The notes beneath the pieces are model-generated. The model made no database searches. It had not been told where the DNA came from and saw nothing but the letters and a program-made list of their open reading frames with translations. Of a DNA stretch of 44,483 bases, positions 28,014 through 35,708 are shown one piece after another; position 1 is the first letter of the stretch, and the number at the start of each line of letters is the position of its first letter. Position numbers and translations under genes: made by a program. Source of the DNA: a virus (lineage: Duplodnaviria; Caudoviricetes); IMG/VR virus record IMGVR_UViG_3300032257_000028, positions 1 through 44,483 of that record; one strand, written 5' to 3'.

Positions 28014-28517
28014 ATGTCCGCCGCACTCACCATCGCCGAGTGGTCTACCCTCGCCGAAATTGCCCGCCGCTCTGGAGAGTCGGATCTCGCCGACCGGGTG
28101 CTCATCGCCAGCACGTCGGACCCGCTCGTGGTGACCATGCGGGATGTGGTCGACGAGATCCGGGGGATGCGTCAGGAGTCCCGAGAGGGCTTCGAGCGCT
28201 TGTCCCGAGAGATACACGAGCTTCGTGACAGCTCCCCGCCGGGGACACCTGTACCTCTCCCACCGTCCTCGGTGCGGGAGCCGGTCACCTCTCGAATGTG
28301 GTCGGTGGTCGAGGACAACCCGCGCAACGCGGCAATCGTGCTGCTGCTGGCGCTGTCCATCATCGTGGGCGGGCCGCAGACGGTTGGACGGCTGATGGAC
28401 TACGCGCTCGGTCCGGTGCCGGAGGTGCAGACCACGGTCACGATCCCGGTGCCGGCCCCGATGCCGATGCCGGTACCGATGAGCCTTGAGATCCCCCGCA
28501 CTGAGGAAACGCCATGA
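28014..28517 (+). CDS. Membrane protein (holin-like position)
   Basis: One hydrophobic segment (AAIVLLLALSIIVGG); directly upstream of the endolysin. Confidence 0.5.
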   Translation: MSAALTIAEWSTLAEIARRSGESDLADRVLIASTSDPLVVTMRDVVDEIRGMRQESREGFERLSREIHELRDSSPPGTPVPLPPSSVREPVTSRMWSVVEDNPRNAAIVLLLALSIIVGGPQTVGRLMDYALGPVPEVQTTVTIPVPAPMPMPVPMSLEIPRTEETP

Positions 28518-29062
28518 AGCTCGCCATCGTCGTTGGTCATCGCAAGAGCGCCCAAGGGGCCACTGCCGTTGATGGCGTGCAGGAGTGGAGCTGGAATCGC
28601 CCGCTCGCTGATCAGATCGCGGCGGGCGCGACGGCGCTGGGGCATGACGTGCGAGTCTTCTACCGGCCGGACCGATCGGGCTACTCGAAAGCCATGGGCG
28701 AGCTGGTGAGTGAGGTCAACGCCTACGCTCCCGACCTCGTGCTCTCGCTCCACTTCGATTCGTCCACTGACACGAGCTTTCGCGGGGCGAGCGCGCTCCA
28801 CTGGCCAGGCTCGAAGGCCGGGCGCATGTGGGCCGTGCAGCTCTCGGCAGCAGTCGCCAGGGCGGCGGGTATCCGGTCTCGAGGAGCCATCGCCCAGGTG
28901 GAAAGCTGGGCAGGCTCGCCGCTGTACATCCTCCGAGACACGGTGGCCCCGGCGGTCATCATCGAGTCGCACTTCGGGAGCAATGCAGCCGACCACGTGA
29001 AGGCTACGGCTGCCCGGGACTCCGGCGATCTCGCCAGGGCCATCGTGGGCGTGTTGCCATGA
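28514..29062 (+). CDS. Endolysin, N-acetylmuramoyl-L-alanine amidase (Amidase_3)
   Basis: VVGH, QE, LSLHFDS, LYILR, PAVIIESHFGSN. Confidence 0.92.
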   Translation: MKLAIVVGHRKSAQGATAVDGVQEWSWNRPLADQIAAGATALGHDVRVFYRPDRSGYSKAMGELVSEVNAYAPDLVLSLHFDSSTDTSFRGASALHWPGSKAGRMWAVQLSAAVARAAGIRSRGAIAQVESWAGSPLYILRDTVAPAVIIESHFGSNAADHVKATAARDSGDLARAIVGVLP

Positions 29063-29385
29063 TGGCAAAGTTGCCACGCTGGGCGCTCATGGTCTGGTCT
29101 GTGGCGGTCGTGCTGCTGGTTGCGCTGCTGGTTGCGCTGCTGCTCACCACGGGCTCGGTTCCGGAGAGGCTCGCGCTCATTGCCGTGGGCGCGGCTGCTG
29201 CTGAGGCTAGAGCTGCACGGAGGTCGAGGCGCTCTTCGCGTGCTGAGCTCGAGCAGCTCGCGGACGCGGACAGGGATGGGGATCTCCGCGCTGAGGTCGA
29301 AGCCAAGCTGGCCGACGCCGGCGATGTGGATGAGGTTCCCCTCGACGAGCTCGTCGACCAGGAGCAGGAACGGGGGCGGGGATGA
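29059..29385 (+). CDS. Membrane lysis-associated protein
   Basis: N-terminal TM segment(s) and acidic tail; follows the endolysin. Confidence 0.55.
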   Translation: MMAKLPRWALMVWSVAVVLLVALLVALLLTTGSVPERLALIAVGAAAAEARAARRSRRSSRAELEQLADADRDGDLRAEVEAKLADAGDVDEVPLDELVDQEQERGRG

Positions 29386-29777
29386 TGCTCCTGTCCCTGG
29401 CGCTGGCCGCCGATGTGGTCGATGCCGGCGCCGTGCTCGAGGTCAAGGGGCCGGCCGTGGTGCTCGATGAGCGCGCGTACCGCGACTACGTCCGCGACTC
29501 CCGGAGGCTGGCGGTCTGTGGCGAGTCGCTCGACGATGCCCTCGACGCCCTCGACGCCAGCAGGAAGCGCACGGCACGGGCGGTCGAGATCGCGCGAGCC
29601 CAGATGGACGCGGACGAGGATGCGGCGGCCGTGCAGGCGGAGGCGGTCGAGCAGCTCACCGAGGCGCTCGAGAAGTCGGAGCGCCGACGGTCGAGGCTGG
29701 TCGGTCAGCGGTCGGTGTTGCTTGGCGTGGTGGCCGGAGTCGTGGCGGGGGCATCGGTGACTGTATTGGCGCGGTGA
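29382..29777 (+). CDS. Spanin-like coiled-coil protein
   Basis: Short hydrophobic N-terminus, coiled coil, C-terminal TM segment. Confidence 0.5.
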   Translation: MMLLSLALAADVVDAGAVLEVKGPAVVLDERAYRDYVRDSRRLAVCGESLDDALDALDASRKRTARAVEIARAQMDADEDAAAVQAEAVEQLTEALEKSERRRSRLVGQRSVLLGVVAGVVAGASVTVLAR

Positions 29778-30028
29778 CTTTGATCCACGACTACCTCCGC
29801 GCTGACCTCCGTCGGGGTCAGCATCCAGTCGACCCGTAGTCCCCACTCCTGCTCCAGGTGCTCGAGCCACTTAGACAGGGTAGCCAGCTTGACTCCGGCC
29901 CGCTGGCCATTGACCCACCGCTGTCGCGAGATGCCGAGCATGAGCGCTACAGTGGACGGACTTGGCTCGCCGATGTACTTGACAAGGGCTCGAGCGACTG
30001 CCCGAATGAGGCGCTGCTCGGGGGTCAT
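29705..30028 (-). CDS. Putative HTH DNA-binding protein
   Basis: PSTVALMLGISRQRW; AGGAG RBS. Confidence 0.55.
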   Translation of the reverse strand: MTPEQRLIRAVARALVKYIGEPSPSTVALMLGISRQRWVNGQRAGVKLATLSKWLEHLEQEWGLRVDWMLTPTEVSAEVVVDQSHRANTVTDAPATTPATTPSNTDR

Positions 30029-30447
30029 GAGTCATCTCCTGTCGCGGTGATGCCCGGAATGGGCCGCGCACTGATTGGCCCCTCGTACTTCTCTACCCAC
30101 ACAGCATCGGTATCACCGAGGATCTGCTTCAGCCTGGCCTCCGCCTCCGCTCGGGTGCCGTACTGGCCGATGATACGGGTGTTGGGGCCGATGCCGATGG
30201 AGGCCGTCCATGCCGACCACGGGGCGACGGCGTCGATGTCGGTGATTGTGCAGGCTCGGATCGCCTGGTCCAGAGGCAGCCCTCGCGCCTCCAGATCGGT
30301 AAGCGCGCGTCCGATGGACGGGTAGGTGTGCGGGCCGGGACTCATCGGAACATCCAGGGATAGCGCAATTTCTGTGGGCACGTAGACGCTGACCCGGGCA
30401 GGCTCGCCGGGGTGGTGGACGTGGCTAATTATTGCGTAGGTGGGCAT
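30025..30447 (-). CDS. Hypothetical protein
   Basis: Translationally coupled on both sides. Confidence 0.65.
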   Translation of the reverse strand: MPTYAIISHVHHPGEPARVSVYVPTEIALSLDVPMSPGPHTYPSIGRALTDLEARGLPLDQAIRACTITDIDAVAPWSAWTASIGIGPNTRIIGQYGTRAEAEARLKQILGDTDAVWVEKYEGPISARPIPGITATGDDS

Positions 30448-31040
30448 TACTCGCCCCTCATCCGCCGGAGCCTGGACGATGCCAGACCCCTACGACGGGT
30501 CGAAGACTCCCAGACCGCATTGGTGACGTAGCCCCCATGCCTGGGATGCCAGTGGGCGGCGCTGTCGCCGGTGCCGTACCGGACCCAGCCGTCCTCATAG
30601 ACGCCGATGGGGCAGGGCCCCGGGTCGTACCAGTGCTGGAGCGGCGGCGAAGGGGCATGACCGTCAATGCGTTCGTATTCCGCATCGATCTGGCGGCGCC
30701 GTGCGAGCTCGCGAGCATCTGCCCGAGCCTCGGCGCTCTCGAGCAGTCGAGTACGCTCCTGTGCGGACGGCTCCCCGAGCCCGGCCCCGGCCCGGAGATC
30801 CAACTCCTTGACGAGTTCCGCCGGTACCCAACCGCCTGCGGCGTTGGCGGCGTTTGCGAAGTCGAGGAATGTCGCAGCGGGGACCACGCCCACCACGCGC
30901 ACCTCGCAAGCCGACTCCGAGTATCGGGGGTCGAGCCGGCGCGATGCGCGACGCTCAGCCCGCTCCATAGCCACGACGCGTTGCCGCTCGGCTTCGATCT
31001 CGGGCGCAAGGACTCTTTCGATCAGGCTTGTTCTGCTCAT
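30447..31040 (-). CDS. Hypothetical protein
   Basis: GAGGAGAGAGG RBS before ATG 31040. Confidence 0.65.
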   Translation of the reverse strand: MSRTSLIERVLAPEIEAERQRVVAMERAERRASRRLDPRYSESACEVRVVGVVPAATFLDFANAANAAGGWVPAELVKELDLRAGAGLGEPSAQERTRLLESAEARADARELARRRQIDAEYERIDGHAPSPPLQHWYDPGPCPIGVYEDGWVRYGTGDSAAHWHPRHGGYVTNAVWESSTRRRGLASSRLRRMRGE

Positions 31041-31145
31041 GACCTCTCTCCTCGCCCCATTCCCAGGAGCATCCCCCATCCATGCAGGGGGCGGGCTGGC
31101 CCGGTCCATCCAGGTCAGTGCAGGCGGTACAGGCCCCGCCCTCGG

Positions 31146-31391
31146 CTATCTCCGCATGAGATCCGCGATCTCCACGGCCTCTGCGGTCGCCTCGGTCTCT
31201 GAGGCGTACCAGGTGATGTCCCGGTCGTGCGCCTCTTCATAGACTACGGCCCACCATCCGCCAGGTCCGCGTGCCACGTGGACGGACCACGGCTCGCCGG
31301 CAGTCCCCGAGGCATGGTAGACCTCAGGCAGATCACTCGGGTCTAGGTCGGTGACGGTGATAATAGGGCAGATGGCTTCGTTGGTGCTCAT
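31146..31391 (-). CDS. Hypothetical protein
   Basis: AGGAG RBS, 81 aa. Confidence 0.65.
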   Translation of the reverse strand: MSTNEAICPIITVTDLDPSDLPEVYHASGTAGEPWSVHVARGPGGWWAVVYEEAHDRDITWYASETEATAEAVEIADLMRR

Positions 31392-31591
31392 GACGTCTCT
31401 CCTGTGCCCACGTAGGGGCTGTGAATATGGGGTCCGTTGCGGCGCACCGGTGGACCAGTCCGGCTGAACGTCGGAGTCCGACTGCGCCTACCAGATACAC
31501 TCTGGATGGGTGGGCCTATTCTGGGGACCGGCGGCCAACCGGTACGTGAACGGCGCATGGGGCATCACTCCCATGCGTCGCGCCCCAGAGT
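31392..31591 (-). other. Candidate structured non-coding element
   Basis: 200-nt intergenic stretch with several nested stems (see findings). Confidence 0.35.
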
Positions 31592-32221
31592 CTAGAGTTC
31601 AATGAGCGAATCATCGCTAATGCGCTGCCACAGCGCACCCACAATGGGGCCCCTCGACTCATCGGCCTCGGACGCCACGAGCCTGATATCGAGTCCGGTC
31701 TCCTCTTCGATGTCGGCGACGGCATCGTCGTCGACAGCCTCGTCCGCGTGGATGCGGACTGGCCCGAGGGCGTCGACAGCCTCGTCCGCGTGGATGCAGA
31801 CTGGCCCGAGGGCGTCCGCCACATCTCCGCAGGACACAGCGTCCCCCCACGGACGCTCGAGGTCGCGAGCCTTGCTGATCTCGCGGATGTACTCGACGAG
31901 GTCGCCCTCGCGGTACGCCCCAATCGCGTCTACGAGATGCTGGCGGAACGCGGTGACAGCCTCGACTGCTCGGCGAGCGTAGTCGATCAGAACAAGGGCT
32001 GAATCCTCTGGGATGTCGCAGTCGAGGTCAAGGGCCTCGAGCACAGCGTCATCGTCGTAGGGGTGCTCACCGAACAGCTCAACGAGCTGCTCGACAGAAG
32101 CGATGGGGTGCGTCCAATCTCCGTCCTCACCAGTGGAGTATCCGAGGTCTGATACCCACCCGACCACTGAAGGAATGGACTTGAGGGCTGCGTCGGCGAG
32201 GATGTTGGTGTCGTAGACCAT
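31592..32221 (-). CDS. Acidic hypothetical protein with a 14-aa tandem duplication
   Basis: GGAG RBS before ATG 32221; 42-bp duplication at 31729-31812. Confidence 0.7.
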   Translation of the reverse strand: MVYDTNILADAALKSIPSVVGWVSDLGYSTGEDGDWTHPIASVEQLVELFGEHPYDDDAVLEALDLDCDIPEDSALVLIDYARRAVEAVTAFRQHLVDAIGAYREGDLVEYIREISKARDLERPWGDAVSCGDVADALGPVCIHADEAVDALGPVRIHADEAVDDDAVADIEEETGLDIRLVASEADESRGPIVGALWQRISDDSLIEL

Positions 32222-32276
32222 GATGTTCTCCAATGCCCCCGTGGGGGCGGTTGTGCCGGGGGTTCCTCCCTCCGAC

Positions 32277-32322
32277 ACAATAGTAATATCCGGTTGTGTT
32301 CCGTGCGCAACAAATTTGTTGC
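32277..32322 (-). promoter_or_regulatory. Putative leftward promoter with a 16-bp perfect palindrome
   Basis: GCAACAAATTTGTTGC at 32307-32322, overlapping TTGCGC; AT-rich TATTACTAT downstream on the - strand. Confidence 0.5.
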
Positions 32323-32332
32323 TGAAGTTGGA

Positions 32333-32647
32333 TCACCGGTCGCCGTGCCTGGGGGGCTGGTCGTCAGCCTGTGACGATGGTGGTGGGTTGGTGCCACCGC
32401 CCGCCTTGAGCACCCGCAGCAACTCAGCGATTACAGGCCGTGCGCTCCACGGGTTCGCAACCCACCGATCCCCATACCTCGCCATGAGCATAACACCCGT
32501 AACACACCGATCGTTCGCGAGGATGACATACTCTCGTGCCACATCAGCGTGGTCATCTTCGCGGAGGTCGTCAGGAGGCGACCAGCGCCACAGCTCATCC
32601 ATGCGGTCGAACGCGTCGCTGTCGTCTGGATACGCTCGACCGATCAT
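32333..32647 (-). CDS. Hypothetical protein
   Basis: ATGA-coupled 104-aa ORF. Confidence 0.6.
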   Translation of the reverse strand: MIGRAYPDDSDAFDRMDELWRWSPPDDLREDDHADVAREYVILANDRCVTGVMLMARYGDRWVANPWSARPVIAELLRVLKAGGGTNPPPSSQADDQPPRHGDR

Positions 32648-33051
32648 GAGGCGTCCCTCTCTGGTGCGGCATCGCCGTCCTGTGACGATGGCTCGTGGGC
32701 AATCCCGAGTACGGTGTCCATGGCCGCCAACACGGCCTCTGTTTCGCCCGCGCGCAGGAGTTCGGCAGCGCTGCGCGTCAGCGCGCGGTACGACTTGACG
32801 TCCTGCTCCAGATAGTCACGCTGCTGGGTGAGCGTGACCCGCTCCACAGTGAGCTTTCCGGCGAGCTGGGCAAGGCTATCGAGACGGGTAGCGAGATGAT
32901 CGACCACATCCTTCGGGGTGGCGTGCCGGATGGCCTGGTCGAGCGTGGCGCGCGTGTATGGCGTGATGAGCTCCTCCAGCACGGCCAGGCCGATGGCGGC
33001 GAGTCGGCGGGTGGTGGCGTCGGTCATGTCGTCCTCTCTTTGTTGCGTCAT
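32644..33051 (-). CDS. Hypothetical coiled-coil protein
   Basis: Start at ATG 33051 or 33027, each with an RBS. Confidence 0.6.
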   Translation of the reverse strand: MTQQREDDMTDATTRRLAAIGLAVLEELITPYTRATLDQAIRHATPKDVVDHLATRLDSLAQLAGKLTVERVTLTQQRDYLEQDVKSYRALTRSAAELLRAGETEAVLAAMDTVLGIAHEPSSQDGDAAPERDAS

Positions 33052-33227
33052 CCCCTCACCCTCCTCATCCGCCTCAGAAGGCTCGCACTCTCCACAGGGT
33101 CGGCAGGCTCGCCGTCCGCCTGGCGCCTGAGCAGTCGTCCGACGGCGCGGAGAACGTCGTCGATAGACTCGGGCTCTGGCTGTGGTAGGCGGTCGTAGCG
33201 GGGATCGTGGCGGAGGGGGCGTGTCAT
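33048..33227 (-). CDS. 59-aa hypothetical protein (absent from the ORF track)
   Basis: MTRPLRHDPRYDRLPQPEPESIDDVLRAVGRLL...; ATGA overlaps at both ends. Confidence 0.6.
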   Translation of the reverse strand: MTRPLRHDPRYDRLPQPEPESIDDVLRAVGRLLRRQADGEPADPVESASLLRRMRRVRG

Positions 33228-33880
33228 GGCTCACCCCCCGATGCCGCCCGAAGCGCCGCCAAGTCCCCAGGCCACGGGATGCATCCAATGACCACCTGCG
33301 TAGGTAGAGAGCGCTCTACGCCCGCGACCTCGGCCGAGCCGGAGGGGGTGATGGGCGAGTAGCCATTCCGCTCGTGCTCTCCGATGTCTCCCTTGACGAA
33401 GCGCTCCCAGACACCACACTCGTGCATCCGTACCACGTCGGTGATGACCGTCTCGGCCACGTCCTGGCGGATGAGGCGGGCAACGAAGACCCGGCCTGAG
33501 AGTAGCTCGACAAGCACTGTGGACCCTGACTTGATTTCTGTACTCACTGCTTTCCTCCAGTATTCTTTCCTCGACCCCGACCCCGACCACGACCCCGACC
33601 ACGACCCCGACCCCGACACCGACCCCGACACCGACCCCGACCACGACCCCGACCACGACCCCGACCCCGACACCGACCCCGACCACGACCCCGACCCCGA
33701 CCCCGACCACGACCCCGACCCCGACACCGACACCGACCCCGACCCCGACCACGACCCCGGCCCCGACAACTGCCACAACATCGCTGCCCTCTCCAGCGGC
33801 GTACGCCCATGCTCATCCGCCAGTCCCTGCTCCTCGTGCAGGTCGTGATAGACGGCCATCTGATCTGCGAATGTGCTCAT
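33224..33880 (-). CDS. Ser-Gly/Trp/Val dipeptide-repeat protein fused to a DUF6948-like domain
   Basis: 33 hexamer units, then VLVELLSGRVFVARL...VITDVVRM...VIGCIPW; internal RBS and GTG at 33547. Confidence 0.65.
   Translation of the reverse strand: MSTFADQMAVYHDLHEEQGLADEHGRTPLERAAMLWQLSGPGSWSGSGSVSVSGSGSWSGSGSGSWSGSVSGSGSWSGSWSGSVSGSVSGSGSWSGSWSGSGSRKEYWRKAVSTEIKSGSTVLVELLSGRVFVARLIRQDVAETVITDVVRMHECGVWERFVKGDIGEHERNGYSPITPSGSAEVAGVERSLPTQVVIGCIPWPGDLAALRAASGGEP
33569..33766. repeat. Hexamer tandem array (TCGGGG/TCGTGG/TCGGTG on the - strand), 33 units
   Basis: Directly visible CGACCC/CGACCA/CGACAC run on the + strand. Confidence 0.95.
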
Positions 33881-33984
33881 CACTCCTCCATCCGCATCAC
33901 AGCCGCCCACGAACTTTCACCCACATGTGGCCTCACCCACACCACGTCATCCGCGCCATCGAGTACCTGCTTGAGCGGCGCGAC

Positions 33985-34251
33985 TTAGCCAAGCTCCACC
34001 TCCCCGCGCTCCTTGCGGAGCCGCCAGCACGCTCGCGCCCACGCGGTGATCTCTTCTTCGACCGAGCCACCAGGTGCCCGGATGCGCTCGATCAGGCAGA
34101 CCAGGTCTCGTCCGGCTGCCAACACTTCGTCGGTGAACTCGGCGAGCTCCGCACGGGTTGCTTGCACGGCCTGGTCGCGCTCGTGGGTGAGGCGCTCGAT
34201 CTCACGGCGCAGCGCTGCGGTCTCGGCCCCCACGCCTTGCGGGGCGATCAC
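33985..34251 (-). CDS. Hypothetical coiled-coil protein (possibly truncated)
   Basis: GTGA overlap with the ParB stop; the same frame stays open after the TAA to 33880. Confidence 0.55.
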   Translation of the reverse strand: MIAPQGVGAETAALRREIERLTHERDQAVQATRAELAEFTDEVLAAGRDLVCLIERIRAPGGSVEEEITAWARACWRLRKERGEVELG

Positions 34252-35708
34252 GCCGCACCATCCAGCGCTTCGCCACTCCTGGCGCCCTCGACGGACGACA
34301 TGTAGCGCGACAGGGCATCGACGAGCGCATCGGGGCCGGAACCGACCCACGCGGCAGTGCTCTCCCGGTTCCATGCGGAGACCAGGAGATCGAGCACCCG
34401 CAGCGCGTGAGCATCGACCAGCACCTGTCCGGACTCGATGGTGTATCCGGGGTGGCGCAGGAGCTGACCGGCGCTCGACAGAGTCTCTGCGGCGCGCTCG
34501 CCGAAGTCTTCGGGGTTCCCTTGGCAGAGCACGCACCGGCGCATGTAGCTTTGCGCGGCTGACCGGTACCATCCGCAGCACCGGGGGTCGGGGCAGTTCG
34601 CGGTTTCCACGTCCAGCGTACCCAGGCGCTCCCGGAAGGCTTCGCGGCCCTCGATGGAGAGCTCGGCCGCCCGGACATGATCGAGTGCTGCTGCCGGTGC
34701 GGAGTTGATGGCGTCCACCTGGTTGGGGGCCGCCCCGATGTTGCGGGCGATCTCCCAATTGGAGGGCGGGGTGGACGCGATCTTGTCCAGCTCCTCCTGC
34801 CTGACAGCCTCGGCCTGGGCCATCAGGGCAGGGCGCCCATGAAACAGGCCGCCCTTCTCGGTGTGGCGGTCGATGGCGTACTGACCCAGCGAGCTGATCG
34901 ACCTGGCCACCCGCCAGACGCCCATCAGGCCCAGCCGGTCCGGGCACTCTGCGGAGGCAATCGCGGCCTCGAGGTCCTCCACCGTGTCGAGGACCGCACA
35001 TCGCTCCACACTCTTGGGCAGGTCGTCATCCTCGGGCCACGGCCAGGGGCCGTTGGCGAGCTCGTAGAGTCGCTCTGTGATGGCGGCAGGAACAGAGCCG
35101 GTCGAGAAGTAGCTCCCCGCGGCCTTGTCGATCTCCTCGAGGGTGGCGGACAGTCGGATGCTCTCGATGGTGCCACGACACCAGGCCTGATCGTTGAGTA
35201 GGGCCTGCCAGCGCTTCGACGGGATGCCGTCGATGTGCTCGAGGATGGCATTCGTGAGCTGCCCGCCTCGCTTGAGACGGAAGTGCTTGCGGAGGTTGTT
35301 GACCGCCGCATGGCTCACGCCGGCGAGCTCGCCGAGATCCCGGCTCGACATCGCGCACCATTCCGCGTCCTGAAGCAGCGCGACGATGGCCCGTCGCTTG
35401 TCCTCTCGGCTCCGCTTGAGGCCGTGCCTGGCGTTGGCCTTGATCGCGGCGAGCATCGCTTCGCGGCGATTGCCGTCGCGGACGTCGACCTCGACTTCGG
35501 TGAGCTTGGCCTGGCTTGCCGCGTGGCCTCGATGCCATCCATCCACGACCAGGAGCTGGCCGTCGACGCGGAACGCGGTGATGGGCGGGAACACCTCGCC
35601 GGCGGCCATGGCCTCGGCGTACTCATCGACGGTGTCCTGGTCGAGCCCGACTCGGCACTGAAGCGCGGGGTCGAAGACCAACTCGGTGGTGGAAACTTTT
35701 CCGATCAT
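34248..35708 (-). CDS. ParB-like CTPase domain + HTH + Cys-rich C-terminus
   Basis: TVDEYAEAM...FPPI...VDGWHR, ANARHGL, HTH SSRDLGELAGVSHAAVNNLRK, CPDPRCC...CVLC. Confidence 0.85.
   Translation of the reverse strand: MIGKVSTTELVFDPALQCRVGLDQDTVDEYAEAMAAGEVFPPITAFRVDGQLLVVDGWHRGHAASQAKLTEVEVDVRDGNRREAMLAAIKANARHGLKRSREDKRRAIVALLQDAEWCAMSSRDLGELAGVSHAAVNNLRKHFRLKRGGQLTNAILEHIDGIPSKRWQALLNDQAWCRGTIESIRLSATLEEIDKAAGSYFSTGSVPAAITERLYELANGPWPWPEDDDLPKSVERCAVLDTVEDLEAAIASAECPDRLGLMGVWRVARSISSLGQYAIDRHTEKGGLFHGRPALMAQAEAVRQEELDKIASTPPSNWEIARNIGAAPNQVDAINSAPAAALDHVRAAELSIEGREAFRERLGTLDVETANCPDPRCCGWYRSAAQSYMRRCVLCQGNPEDFGERAAETLSSAGQLLRHPGYTIESGQVLVDAHALRVLDLLVSAWNRESTAAWVGSGPDALVDALSRYMSSVEGARSGEALDGAA

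Noticed and set aside
31392-31591. tRNA or known self-cleaving ribozyme
   Set aside because: No T-loop GTTCRA or cloverleaf and no CUGANGA/GAAA core; kept only as an unclassified structured element.
33569-33766. Possible CRISPR array or telomere-like repeat
   Set aside because: 6-bp units with no unique spacers, no cas genes, and located inside an ORF.
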